The notes: generated from the sequence alone by a model not told the origin. Positions 39,601 through 51,930 are shown, numbered from the stretch's first letter. The stretch is DNA of 64,000 nt from Marsupella aquatica (GCA_973895155.1 OZ316891.1:12956771-13020770), one strand, 5' to 3'. Program-made: numbers and translations.

Positions 39601-40219
39601 TACTAGGCCTGACTTGGCCCTAGCGATGGGCAAGGTTAGCAGATTCATGTCAAATCCAGGGAAGGTACACTGGGAAGTTGTAAAGTTGATTCTCAGGTAT
39701 CTCAAGGGAACACAGGACTATGGATTACTATTTGATAACAGATCAGATAGAACGTTAGTTGGCTATATAGATTCTGACTATGGAGGCTGTCTGGATACAA
39801 GGAGGTCTACAACTGGGTTTGTTTTTACTCTTGGAGGAGGATGTATCAGTTGGAAATCTACCTTGCAGAAGTGTATATCTCAGTCTACTACAGAAGCAGA
39901 GTATGTTGCAGCAACAGAAGCAGCAAAGGAAGCAATTTGGTTGGATAAGTTGATTGCGGAGATGGGTTTAGAGCATGGAAAAATGACTCTAAACTGTGAT
40001 AGTCAGAGTGCTCTTCACTTGGCTGCTAACCAAGTGATGGATAGCAGGGTGAAGCACATTGATATCAGGTACCATTTTATCAGGCAAACAGTGTCTGATA
40101 AAACTTTTGAGCTAGTCAAGATTGATGGAAAGCTCAATCCCGCTGATGCCTTTACCAAAGTGATTCCTTTGGAGAGTTTCTCAAGACACCGTGCTACTTT
40201 GCAGGTTTTGCAATTGTAG
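36632..40219 (+). pseudogene. Copia gag-pol remnant with multiple stops and frameshifts
   Basis: CWNCGKPGHMKRDC, D*VLDSACTFH, WHFRLGHMSEKG, VHSDVWGP..FIDDYSRYVW, LRSDNGGEY, YTPQQNGVSER, KARLVAKGF, YVDDMLI, RRSTTGF...STTEAEY, KHIDIRYHF. Confidence 0.93.
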
Positions 40220-40426
40220 TGCAAGTAGAGTTATTTAGCAATGTGTGACTATTTGTATATGGATTACTCAATCCTGTTAGGCTACGGCTTAGTTCTAGTT
40301 AACCCTTAGTTAACCCTTGTGGTTTTTAGGGGGAGACCTGGTTTGGTGATTGTCTAGAACGTCCCGCTGAGGAATCCATATGGTAGCATTTAGTCCAGTC
40401 CCCAAGACAAGAGTCAAGGGGGAGTT

Positions 40427-40770
40427 TGTTAGATATTGCTCTAGTCTTGTGACTCATGAGCTAACTATAGTTAGGCTAACTTGGGTTAGGACTTAGCTAA
40501 TGTTAGCGGTAGTGCTGTTGTGTATATAGCTAGGGCTGATGCCAGACCCTGGTGGAACAAAGGCTCATTGTTATGGAGCTAGTTGAGAGATAGGGAGAGC
40601 TTGTGTTGTGGATGCTTGGTATGGCCGGTCGGCCTAGAGTGCAGTAAAGCTCTTGTGTGTTCCCGTGGACGTAGCCTCATGTGGAGGTGAACCACGTATC
40701 TCTCTGTGTCGATTATTGTGCGGTGGATGATTCATGGGCTTGCCGTTACGAATGTCGTCTATGCTCAACA
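40427..40770 (+). repeat. 3' LTR, complete (344 bp)
   Basis: TGTTAG...CTCAACA, preceded by the PPT and followed by the TSD. Confidence 0.95.
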
Positions 40771-41767
40771 GTCTCCCCCTCACACCATAGTTTTCTTAAA
40801 TAAAAAAATACAAAATCTTCATCTAAAGTGATGGCTCATCCGTTTTGTGCGTTCTTCCCACCGAAACGACAAGCGATTGTTTGCCAACAGTCGAGTGTTG
40901 TCCTCCGATCTGTCTTGTGCCCGTAATGCTCAACATAACTCAAAAACGATCAATCAGGAATGGTAGAAACACAATTTCTTCAATGTGTAAGCAAAAACCG
41001 TAAAAAAACTCAATTCCTCCACATTCAACCTTCCGTTTGATACACTAGAGAGATCATCTCAACCAGATCTATCTCCTCTATCTTTTGAATGTTCTCTTTT
41101 GTACGAGCACACACCAAAACCACGGGGAGACTCAAAACCATCGGTTACCCCTTGCTGAAAATTGATTTCACTTTATTACACACACATTCCTTGGATGAAC
41201 ATGGAGGTCCACGGATTAATTGAAGAAAGTACTTGAGGCGCTATGAGTAAAATGTGAAGTGCTTAGTCTGCACCTAGTTTCATTGAGCATAAAGGCCAAA
41301 TAAGGTGCTCAAACACTTGAACGTACCTTAATTTTTATTTTTATTATTGAACCATAAAACATAGTTAGAGTACTATCTGGAGGAAAAAGAATAATAAGAG
41401 AATAAAACCCGCAAATAAAGCAAAGCTCGCAGTCAAGACTCCTATGGTAAGTGACATGATATCTTTTGGACACAAGTGATCATGAAGACAAGATTATTTT
41501 TGGACAGAAATGATGATCTGACAAGGTAGTTATGGAGAGAAGTGTAAAGAACAGTATTCAAGCATATCTTTGTGTATTAGCCCAGTCCACCCAAGTTTGG
41601 CTTGTCCATGGGGGCTTCATGGACAACCTATCAGTCCCTCCAGGCTTTAAGTTCACAAAACTTGCGATGAGAAATTTTGTAGGAGTAGTAATCACTTAAC
41701 TTTCATCAGTGCTAATCCTATGATTACAGGCCCCAATCCCATGCAAAATGTGAGACTCTCAGCTATC

Positions 41768-41896
41768 GCTAGGGAATGCACCTTATGACCAAATGAGGGC
41801 TCACCATCTCCATCCACGACACCAACGGGGCCGCTAGGCAATGTACCTTATGACCAAATGAGGCTCACCATCTCCATCCGCAACACCAACAGGGCA
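41768..41896. repeat. Tandem duplication, 2 x ~65 bp
   Basis: GCTAGG.AATG.ACCTTATGACCAAATGAGG(G)CTCACCATCTCCATCC.C.ACACCAAC occurs twice. Confidence 0.85.
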
Positions 41897-42434
41897 AGGG
41901 CTTCTAGACAAATACCTCTTCGGGACCCCTTATGATTTACCCGGCTTTTCAGCCCCCTTTGATTTACTGGGCTTTTCAATTTATCATTCAATAGGGTGTC
42001 TCAAAATCTGGCTTTAACAAGATAAGTCCCTCCTATAACTCCAGTATTACGGGAACTCCCTTAAAATTATGGAAGCCGATCTTTAGCTACCGTAAGGCAA
42101 GCCTGCGAGCTCAACACTTAACCAGTAACTTTCCTGAAACTCTAGGCGCAAATCCAGACCTCTGGAAATCCAAGACTTTGGAACTCCAGAAAGCCGCAAT
42201 TGAGAGCTTCACGCCTGACATGGTGATGGCTGCTGCATTTGAGGTGGTGGCTGATCAAGAATGGAGGAAAAAAGAATATAGGCTATGAGACAGGTGAGAC
42301 AGTAGCTCCTTCCTTATGGGGTGGGTCAATGCTACCTCCCCCATTTAATTTTTTTTATAACTGGGTTCCATAACTGGAGTAGAGGATATACCACAAATCC
42401 ATAACTTTCACAAAAGACCCAGTTTTGAGATGCC

Positions 42435-43010
42435 CTAATAGGGCTTTAGTTCAATTATGGGGCTTTAATATTCTTTTCCTGTTGATGGGGCTCACAAACT
42501 TTTTTGCTCTTTGGTCTTCCTTGGTATTCTTCAATAGGGCTTTAGTTCTCTCAAGCTTTTTTGGTCTTTGGTCTTCCTCGGTATTGTTCAATAGGGCTTT
42601 AGTTCTCTCAAGCTTTTTAGCTCTCTGGTCTTCCTGGGTGTTGTCAATACGGCGTTCTCTCAAGCTTTTTTGCTTTTTGGTCTTCCATTAGCTTTTTTGG
42701 TCTTTGGTCTTCTCTCAAGCTTTTTTTGCTTTTTGGTCTTCCTGGGTATTGTTCAATAAGGCTTAGTTCTTTTGCCGTTGATGGGGTTCCAACCTTTTTT
42801 GCTCTTGGCCTGCCTGGGTCCGCTGGTGGGGCTCTCAAGCTTGTTGGCTCTTCATCTTCCTGGATTTTGTTGTCTATAGTTCTTTTGCTATTCATGGGGC
42901 TCCCAAGCTTTTTTGCTCTTTGGTGGCTTTCTTACTCTTTAGTTCTTCCTGGGTTTTTCCCTGGTTCCTGCGCTTAATTTGTGTCTCCAGCCTTTGGGAT
43001 CCTTCCTCCC
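42435..43010 (-). repeat. Degenerate ~57-bp-unit satellite-like repeat with dispersed relatives
   Basis: Recurring TTTTTTG(C/G)TCTTTGGTCTTCCT.GGTATTGTTCAATAGGGCTTTAGTTCTCTCAAGC units. Reverse-oriented relatives lie at ~50100-50190 and ~51705-51930. Confidence 0.75.
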
Positions 43011-43789
43011 GGTAATGGATGTGTTCACTCATAAGGGCAAGAGTCACCCTTCTGCTCAATGCGCACCGTCTCATAATGCTAGAAGGAGGGGGGCCAGTGC
43101 TACGCAAAGCAATGCACACCGCCATGGCAGTGCTAAAAGAAGAGAGGGTACAGTAGGTGGTCATCGAAAATAATGGATGTATGATACTGTGGTGGCCTTT
43201 GCTGTTCACAAGATCAACCTGGTGAGAAACCAGGTGCAAATGACGAATAAAATGAGAACTTTATTTATAAATCTGTGGTCGAGCGTACAATCCCACGGGT
43301 GGGGGTAGTGTCAAACATTGCGGAATTTGTTCCGTTGGAGCGGGCTAGTGTTCTTTTAGTTTTCTGGTGAAGGCGCGGTGGCAAGAAGTCAAGAGCGCAT
43401 GGACTCGTACAACGCGCGAGGCACTGGTTCACTATCCAACCTCTCAAGTGGTGCAAACTGTCGTGACTGACTGTAAATATCATATTTCAAGCCCTCGAGG
43501 CAGCTTAAATTCTTCGAACTGGCTGACGGGTTTGCACAAGGTATGTAGTCGTATAGTTCGGACAAGGAGGTAAGGCTCTGGTAAATTCTCCGAGAATTCC
43601 TCGCCAAATCGTGCTAAAGCTCATCCTGTTAGTGTAAGCGATGGAAAAGAATGCCAGAAAGCCAGTTCCAAATACGTTCTAGTCCACTGCAGTATTCCCT
43701 TGTCATTGGCCATTTCTAGATTGTGAATCTCTATATTAGACACTAAAGCTTCCTATTCTTTTGACCCAATTTTCCTGGAAACTGTCCAC

Positions 43790-46700
43790 TCATTGTTTCT
43801 TTTCTTCTAGGCCAAGCCTTGCACGGAAGTCGGCTATCATGAGGGGTAGTCCCTCGTGAAGGGAAACCTGCACAAGGACAACAACGACAAAGATATCGAT
43901 GCGTCGGTGAGGGAACAAAACAAACCATGCCGAAATAAGAAAATTTCAGGTTGGCCCAAATATGCCAAATAGGTTTTAAAGGGTAAGACTTTACAGTTGG
44001 TTTCCAACCAAGAAGCTTGGTGGCCTTGGTGATATCAGGCTTGCGTTGTCGCGGATCATCAGGTGTGTTCTCCACAATCTTATAAGACGTTGAAGGCTTA
44101 ATCAGCTGATCAAACAAGACCCAGAGTTAGCCTTGGCCTTTACCCTTCTTCAACTTCAATCGAGACTGTTAATCAGGTCTTATGTCCCTAGAACCGTTTT
44201 ACTCTTTTGAATCCTCTTTACAAGGTCTGTTTTGTATCAAAGACGAGGCGAGGAACACACACAAGATGGTGTGACAAACCTCCTGCACAGCCTCTGCAAG
44301 CTCCAGCATTGTAAATTCTCCTGTGGATTAAAGCAAGTCATAAGAGGTATCAGGAAGGAGCGGTACAGGAAAATGAACCCTATGATTCTCCCCAAAGATG
44401 GCAGAGTTGTAGAACACTACTGTTTCTCTTCAGTGAAAACACTCGAGAGGGAAGAATCACACAATCCAAGGAAATGTAGATTTATACGTAAAATGGAAAA
44501 CAATATGAAACCCACCTGGATTCCCAATGTTGATAGGACCGGTATTCTCTCCCCCCATAAGGCGAATTAGTCCATCAACCTACAAAATCACTCCCGAAAA
44601 CACCTCTGTGTGAAAACTTTCTCACCGATAATTGGACATCTTGCACCCCCCAATTACGTGTCCAGGATAACGACAGGTAAATATCATGAAAGCACTGATA
44701 CACTAGAAATCCCTCTAATTGGGACCTCTTGATCTCAAAATCCGTTCACCATTTCCGAGTACACTGTCGTTCTCAAAGCAGTGTTGGGGTGAGGTCTCAA
44801 AGGTTTGCTGGACATTACGAATGCACTCTAGCCAAAGTTTGAAGAACTTTAAAGACCGAGCACTTCGACATGGATACTTTCATAGATGAAAAGAGTGAAA
44901 CATGACAGGTCTAATACTCTAGAGACATCACTATACATTGAGAAGTTCCAGCCTAACATGAAAGCAGTAGATCCATACCATATCCGATACATAGCAGAAG
45001 CTGCGAGTTTGAGTTCCAGGAGCTTGTACTGTTAAGACTTCGTTCCTGCGATGGGAAAATATCGAAAAAATTTCAAGGAGGGAAAGCAGTGGCCATGAAG
45101 GGGAGTTCACTATGTGCTTCAACCTGAAGTCCTTGCCCCCGGTAGATTGAGCATTTAGAATGGTAGTGGCCCAAAAATTTACTCTTTAATGCCGTCATTT
45201 TCTCAACTACATAGAAGAATGCACTTGAAAACAAGGAATCTATCTCTTGGTTTTGGGATGTTCTCATGTGTGCGATTACACATTTTCCATCTTTGTATCG
45301 AAAGAGATTCCTCGATTACTACACTGCAAAGCTGTTTCCGCCCTCACTCCGAATGGAGCCAAATATGCAGTGGGTGAAGATATTGCTTCTAACTTGGATC
45401 AACTACCTGAACCTTGAACATAATCTTAAGCTCTTAATTGAAGTGTCCACATTACAACTTGAATGCATATCTAACCACCAAAAGTTGGGCAAGCTTGGAT
45501 TTCTGTTTCTAAAGCAACATTGGAAAAACAATGACCACAGAAGCAGCAATGTAGCAACAAGGCATGGATTACCTCAAAGCTTGAGCAATGAAGTTACTAA
45601 CAACACGTCCATCATCTATATTCATTCGCGGTCCATAAGTGTTGAAGATCCGAGCAATTCGAATTTCTGTGTCACAAATCGGAGTCTCCCAGAAGTTAGC
45701 AAGACCCCCATTCACCTGAAAGTATGGAGGAGTTGACTCTCAAGGGATCAGCAAGATTACAAACTTGATACACGTTAAAGGATACCAAGGGTGATCATTT
45801 ACCAATGCCATGCTGACGATGATAATCAAACATAAGGGTTTCTGCAACTCGCTTGCCTTCATCGTAGCAGCTCCTGACTCCTGCGGAACAGAATGCAACC
45901 AACGAGTTGATTCCTAAAGCGTTCATAACTGGACGATGGCAACAGGCGATAAAGCTTCTAGTAGATTTTTTTCTCGGCGTGCCCGTCACTCGCCTATACT
46001 AGATGGGATAGATGAGCAGGGAGGGTACCAAGTGTAAAAGCCGCAGCAACAGCGGCAAGTTCAAAATTCCTCCAAATATGCGGTCATCACAGTACCATGT
46101 TTGTTGTTAATTGATGTTACAAGGACAGTATACCTTACAACAATGATGAGAAAGCACGTACCGATTGGATTGACATTTCCCCAGTATTCTTCCGTCTGTG
46201 GATGCTCCAAGGGGTCCCCGTATACCTCCGAAGTTGACGTCAATAAAATTCTGCTCAGAAGCAAGTGCTTTGTTTATCAGAATAAAAGCAAGCAGGTAAG
46301 CCTGTGCTCAAACATTTCTCCCAAACCGATGGTGCTCCACACAGGAACATTTCACTGCGAGGGGGCCTCTGCATGCTGAAAACTCTAGCGGAGGTAGCCA
46401 TGATAGAGGCTTGGAGTGATTGGGCAAGTAGACGTGGGGATCACAAAACCAAGACTATCTGAGTCAAGGAGATGGATAGAGGAGACCTTCGCAAGTTGAG
46501 TAGTAGAACTGCAAACGAAACTTGGAATAGGTCTTCATCGTAATTACAAAGTATAAAAGCCCGAGAAACTGTTGCCTTAAAATCGAAGTTTGCATCGAAA
46601 AGCTAACTACAATGCTCAGAAAGATGACAGCAAAGGAGGAGGGCGGCTATTGTCTCTTTCAGTATGATGGATCGTTGGGGAAACATACCTCGCCCCAACA

Positions 46701-48177
46701 CGTTTTGCCAACCCAAGCATATTCAGAGTGCCCATGACGTTTGTTTTGATTGTCTGGCAAGGCACGGTACAACGACGCCAGTCAACTTGAGCATCAGATC
46801 GCGGCTGTAAGTTTACGAAAGATTGTTCGCATCGGAAAATTGTTTTCTACAGAAATGTCGGCATGTCAAATCATGGACAGACCTTAACAGGATTGTGCTT
46901 GTAGAAAATGGGGGAAGCTGGACACGCCAAATGGTAAATCTGATCCACCTCCAGCAAAAGTGTCTCCGTGACATCTGAATTTACAATAGCCAATCTTCAG
47001 TAATAACTCATATCAGGAGGACGAAGTGCTACATTTGCTTCGGGGAAATAGTTGCCAATTAACAGACGGTCTATTGCTCGCCACTTTTAAGCTTTCGTAG
47101 AAGTGTGGCAGAGACACGAATTGCTCAACAAACGAATCCCTTACGAATACTAGTTTGATACAATCTTTAAGGTCCTTCAGCAAGTAAAGCATTCGCAAGT
47201 CTAAATTGCAGTTAAGCGAAGTAGCTGAACTATCACGGTGGAGTTTACCATGCCGAATGAGCTCAAAATTCGGGTGCCCTATCCAACGTTTCAAATTTTC
47301 CTTGGAGCCCGTGAAGAAATTGTCTGCCACAATTACCTGCTCGTGACATTAAAAGAAACATCAGGACTCTTATCTTTCAAGCCAACCATGACACACCACT
47401 TCCATTTCGTTATATTGTACCTCATTTGTACCAGCTTCCATTAGGCGATCCACCAAATGAGATCCAATGAATCCCGCTCCCCCTGTCACCAGAATTCGCA
47501 GTTTTGCCTGCAGACCAACGGGAATTTTCATAGCACAGGTTAGAATAGCAGAGGAACTGGTCTTTAACAAGTGCAAAAGCAGATCATATGTCTACGCCCG
47601 TTAGCTTATCTGACTATCGTCAGGCTATCACGAAGACTGCCTACGCAATGGACGGTTAACATCTGAGGATCCAAACGTTTCGTAGATCCATATACTTAAG
47701 CAGTTGGCACAAATACAAAAGGGGCACAGAAATCTAATTATTGATCACTCCGAACTTTAAGCCTGCCCCGATCTTGGAAGCTGGAACAAGTACGACGAAT
47801 AGAGAAGGCTAGATTCCACCGCGACCATTCTTGAAATGAAATCTAGCTGAGCGACCATCCTACGGTGGTTCACAGCCAAGCGCCTCTCTCCCTGTACAGC
47901 CTAGGATGCAAGAACCTTGTTCTCAAAGAAGGAGTGAGCGGCCAATGGCTATATTGACACTCTGACAACGTGTCCTTGCGTTTCTAATGCTTAAATTCCA
48001 TAAGATCGAAGCCGAGAACAGGTAATTTCCCTATTCTTTCAGCCTCCTACGACTTCATAGTGAAAGCATAATCAGTTCATCGAGCCTCACCGTCATGTAT
48101 TTCGAGGATCGGAGCGGAGACGGCGTCGGAGGAGCCTTTATGGTAGAGCCCTCGCCATTGGCGCTTCCGTTCGCCAT
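43790..48177 (-). CDS. UXS: UDP-glucuronic acid decarboxylase (UDP-xylose synthase), soluble/cytosolic type, 346 aa
   Basis: 13 coding exons: 48177-48091, 47507-47421, 47336-47249, 46974-46883, 46753-46689, 46250-46162, 45880-45803, 45666-45573, 45045-44979, 44579-44516, 44320-44280, 44105-43995 and 43867-43790 (1041 nt). Motifs: [79 protein letters not shown]. There is no N-terminal transmembrane anchor. A 5' UTR intron donor lies near 48986. Confidence 0.97.
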
Positions 48178-49458
48178 GGTGCCTATGACCAGATGAGCAT
48201 TAACGATAGGAGAAAGTCAGAATGCATTACATAATGCGCTTCAGCCGGGTCCTGAATCTGAGATCTGAGATCTAGTTTGACAAAGTACATCCGATCAGTT
48301 CTTCAAACATACTATCCCGCATTATTGTCCTTCACAATTTCTACCTATAGACAGCCGATAATTTGAGACATTTCACCGTCAAATTGGAATGCTCAATTTC
48401 CAACACAGTTTCTTCCAGTCAGTAAACTCTGCTGGAAGAAACAAGGAAATCTACTTGAACTTAAGATGCCTGATTCGCATGAAGCTTCACAGCTTGCTAC
48501 TAGCTGATCCGACCTGGAGTGGGCTTCGCTTTGGATCAAACACATCTGAGGAGCTGTTCGACAAACAGAGTCGAGAATGCACGACGAATGCATCACATTC
48601 CGCCAATTCGCACCAGATGATAGGGTGAAAGAGCATCTACGACTTAAAACACGAAAGAATCAACTCTAACCTTGAACACGAGCCACACCTCGATCGACGA
48701 CGATGAACACTTCGACAGAAAATTCCGACGAGAGATCTTCCAATCAAGATCAGAAATCGAGGTTCGCAGAATGCATACAGGGCGCATTGTTGCGGTGAGT
48801 CAGGGTCGTAGCGACTCAGGGGCACAGCAGACCACCGGATACCTCGGATTGGCATTATCCGACCGGAAAGAAAGCAGAGAGAGGAACAGGCAGACACTCC
48901 ACGTCAAGAACGAGCGGCTGAAGGACGGAGGACGAGAACGAAATCTCTCTCAAACAAACACAAAAGCACTAGGAAAGACGTACGTACCTTGCGCCACGGG
49001 AATTGAATTCGATCGTAAGAGACGGAACAGACCCCGCGTTTTGCTGCAATCTTCGACAGACTCCTCGCAGGACGCAGACAAAGATCACAGCGACTGAGAT
49101 CGTGCAGAGCACTGATCAGCTCTCCTCCTCCTCCTCCGAGGGAGAGACCAATGCGAGAATGATGTAGAGTGTAGACGGCGAGGCTCCACTGTTGCAGAGT
49201 TTTCACGACACTGACCAGAGTAATCGAGAACGCAGCGAGACGAGAAATAGCTGTCCATTCGCTGTCCGGTCTACGGCGTCTTGATAACTACACTGTACGC
49301 TCGGACACGCCCAATACGGAAGACGGAGTATAACGCTCCACTCTGTGAGCGTGTGTGCCTGTTTGAAGAGTGATGAGTCCTGTAAGCTGCTGGCTGCCGT
49401 CCGATCCACATCCACGGCGCACAGTGCCCACAAAGGTCATGAAGTGGGCTTTTCTTGA

Positions 49459-49470
49459 ATATATATATAA
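49459..49470 (-). promoter_or_regulatory. TATA-like element upstream of the UXS leader
   Basis: An ATATATATATAA tract lies ~250-400 bp upstream of the CT-rich leader region. The TSS is unknown. Confidence 0.3.
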
Positions 49471-51704
49471 TATATCTCACTAGCCCAATGCTGGTGTGTT
49501 GTAGAGTACCGTCCGTAATGCTGTTGAGCACAAGTGAAATGGCCAAAGAGTGGGGCATTGCTAGGCATCCGCCAGTGGGTCTGACAACTAAATCTCAATG
49601 AGTGTGCGATTTGTGGAACTAGTCGTCAGTCGTGGGTACCAGTTGTTTGAAAGTGAATAGAGTAAAGTGTCATAAAAGTATCAACAAAGTATATTCTCTA
49701 TTCCCATTTTTCGAAGGTTAATGAAATGATTAAAAAAACCATAATACAGGTCATACTTTTGACAATCATGCATAACATACCATTTTACTTTCTATGCACA
49801 TACCTCTTTCCCTGCAGATATATTATGTATAGGGTAATGATTCTTTGGTCTAGGGTTACTAGTTTGTAACCTTGTGACCAGAAAGTGAGGAAACATTGAC
49901 CGGTGGTGTTTCCAGCTGAGACATGTTTCCGGTGGCACTGGGAACAGCTGGAATGGGTACATTTGGGTCCATCTCATGGGCAAGAAAAAATGTCACTCAC
50001 CATACACCAATGGCTATGGAGACCTTCCATCAGAATGACATTTCATCAATGACTATATATTACAATATTTAGATTGCCAAAGAACACAGTGTGAAACTTG
50101 GAGACAAGATCCCAACAACAGGAGACCCTATAGAGAGAAGAAAACAAGAGGAAAACCCAAGAACACCAAAAAGCCAAAAATCCCATGATTTCATTACAAG
50201 AATCTCCCACAAGAGCAAACTAGATCCTTATTGACAGCAAACCCCATAGGAGGGTCATGAAGAGGAATTTGTTCCCAATCTACAATAATACTCTTAGACC
50301 TCAATAAGTGAATTCCTCTGTAGGTGCAAGAATCTTTGTGTAACACAGATGTTGACACATAAATTGTAGCTTCCCTCCATATCTGATTAGTACAACAATC
50401 TTCCGCCGCTAAGACCATTCTTTTCTAGAAAGATGGACCAATAGGTGCAATTTCCTTATAGATGCGCAAGTTTGTTGATATTGCACTTTCTACTAAGTGC
50501 AATATTGCTTGGAAATTGCAATTACCATTAGTGCAACATTTGAATTGTCTTGTGTGTATATTGCACTTAATTATATTGCAATGTATTGGTCAGTGCAAGT
50601 GTATGTAAGAATTGCACTTATCAGGATTCTGATAAGTCCTCCTAAGGTTGCACTTATCAATACTTGCGATTTGGCAAGTTTATTACAATTACCAATCAAT
50701 TGCAATTTTTAGTAAATGCAAGAAGATGGGTGTATCCGAGCCCTCGTTCTTACCACGACCTCACACTCTACAATTGGTATGTGAGGGAAGGGTGTATTGT
50801 AGTTGTAGGGTAGTTTGTATAGGATTCTGCACTCCTCCAAAAGCAAGAGTGTTTGCCAAGATGGCAGGAGAGGTCAAGTGCTGCACTCTCGTTTGCAGGG
50901 GTGCTAAAGCCTTCATAAAGTACCTGCCATGAGTTACGGCACCCAGTAAAAATCTGTCACCTGCCAGTGGTCATCTGATTCTTGGCCAATATTTATTTAA
51001 AACTAATTTCCAGTTTATTCGGCATGAACCACAATGATGGGGGGAACTAGCAGGCCTCAGACGTATGCTAGGGAAAATGGACTAGAAAGGCCACAAAGAG
51101 AGAAAGAGTGGCAAGGGCACAGTGACCACTAAAAATCAGAGCAACCCTGATCAATAGCAAAACATACCCATGATGCTTTTTGGATTTATGGTTTCACTGT
51201 CTTTGATCGGAATCTAGCAATACTTGGCTTGGTACAAAGTTTACTCATTCCTCTTCCGTTTGAGCTGTATGTGGTGCATTTGGACGATCAGGAGTAGCAA
51301 AGAAATCTCACTTGCAAGATTACTAGATGGGTGTTTCGCTGACACACCTTGATTTTCAAATTCAGTCAAGACTCTGATGGGAAACCCGTGACCTTGATAG
51401 ACAGAAAACCCATCAAAGCCCTGCAGGTCCAGTTTGACAGGCCCTAATAGTCCCTGTGTGCAGGGACTAATACAGGATGACCTAGGGAAACAAAGGGTGC
51501 CATGGTTAATGTTGTAGTTTGTTTTCGTTCTTATTTTTCTTAACAATCCAATTCAAATTCAAATTAACAAACACAGGTTAAATTTCACTGGCTTTGCTCA
51601 AAATTGATTTAAAATAGAAACCATGTTATTTTCTAAGGACAATTTATCTCAGTTGGTGATATATAACACTCCCAAACACTCCCAAAGAGCAAAAGATGTC
51701 AAAC

Positions 51705-51930
51705 CGGGAGACAGGATCCCAAATTCTAAGACCCAATAAAGGAAAGAAAACAAGGGGAAACCCTGGAAGACCAAAGAGCCTAAAAGCCCAGGAGTCCCAA
51801 CACAACAAAACAAGTCTAGCCATATCAAGCAATAAAGGGAAGAAATAATGGATAACCCAGGAAGAGCATAGAGCCAAAAAGCCCAAGAGTCTCAATAACA
51901 ACAAAAGAAGTAAAGCCATACCAAGCAACA
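51705..51930 (+). repeat. Dispersed copy of the 42.4-43.0 kb repeat family
   Basis: GGGAGACAGGATCCCAAA...GAAAACAAGGGGAAACCCTGGAAGACCAAAGAGC..AAAAGC resembles the reverse complement of 42900-43010 and the sequence at 50100-50190. Confidence 0.65.

Larger units (their letters stand above)
36316..40770 (+). mobile_element. Ty1/copia LTR retrotransposon, defective (5' internal deletion)
   Basis: TG...CA termini, 5-bp TSD GTCTC (36311-36315 and 40771-40775), PPT AAGGGGGAG just before the 3' LTR, and domain order gag zinc knuckle - protease - integrase - RT - RNase H. Confidence 0.97.
35523..41225 (+). mobile_element. Asymmetric-ended repeat element, copy 3 (diverged, interrupted by copia)
   Basis: TTACGGACCCC at 35523 is followed by the collinear motifs CCACATCA, CAAACAGG and GCGTCATGCCGTAA...TGTAAAAT shared with copies 1 and 2. 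A B-like motif GGAGGTCCACGGATTAATT lies at 41203-41221. Pairing of the two ends is inferred. Confidence 0.45.

Noticed and set aside
42425-43239. Hydrophobic or Lys-rich repetitive ORFs
   Set aside because: Translations of the tandem DNA repeat on both strands.
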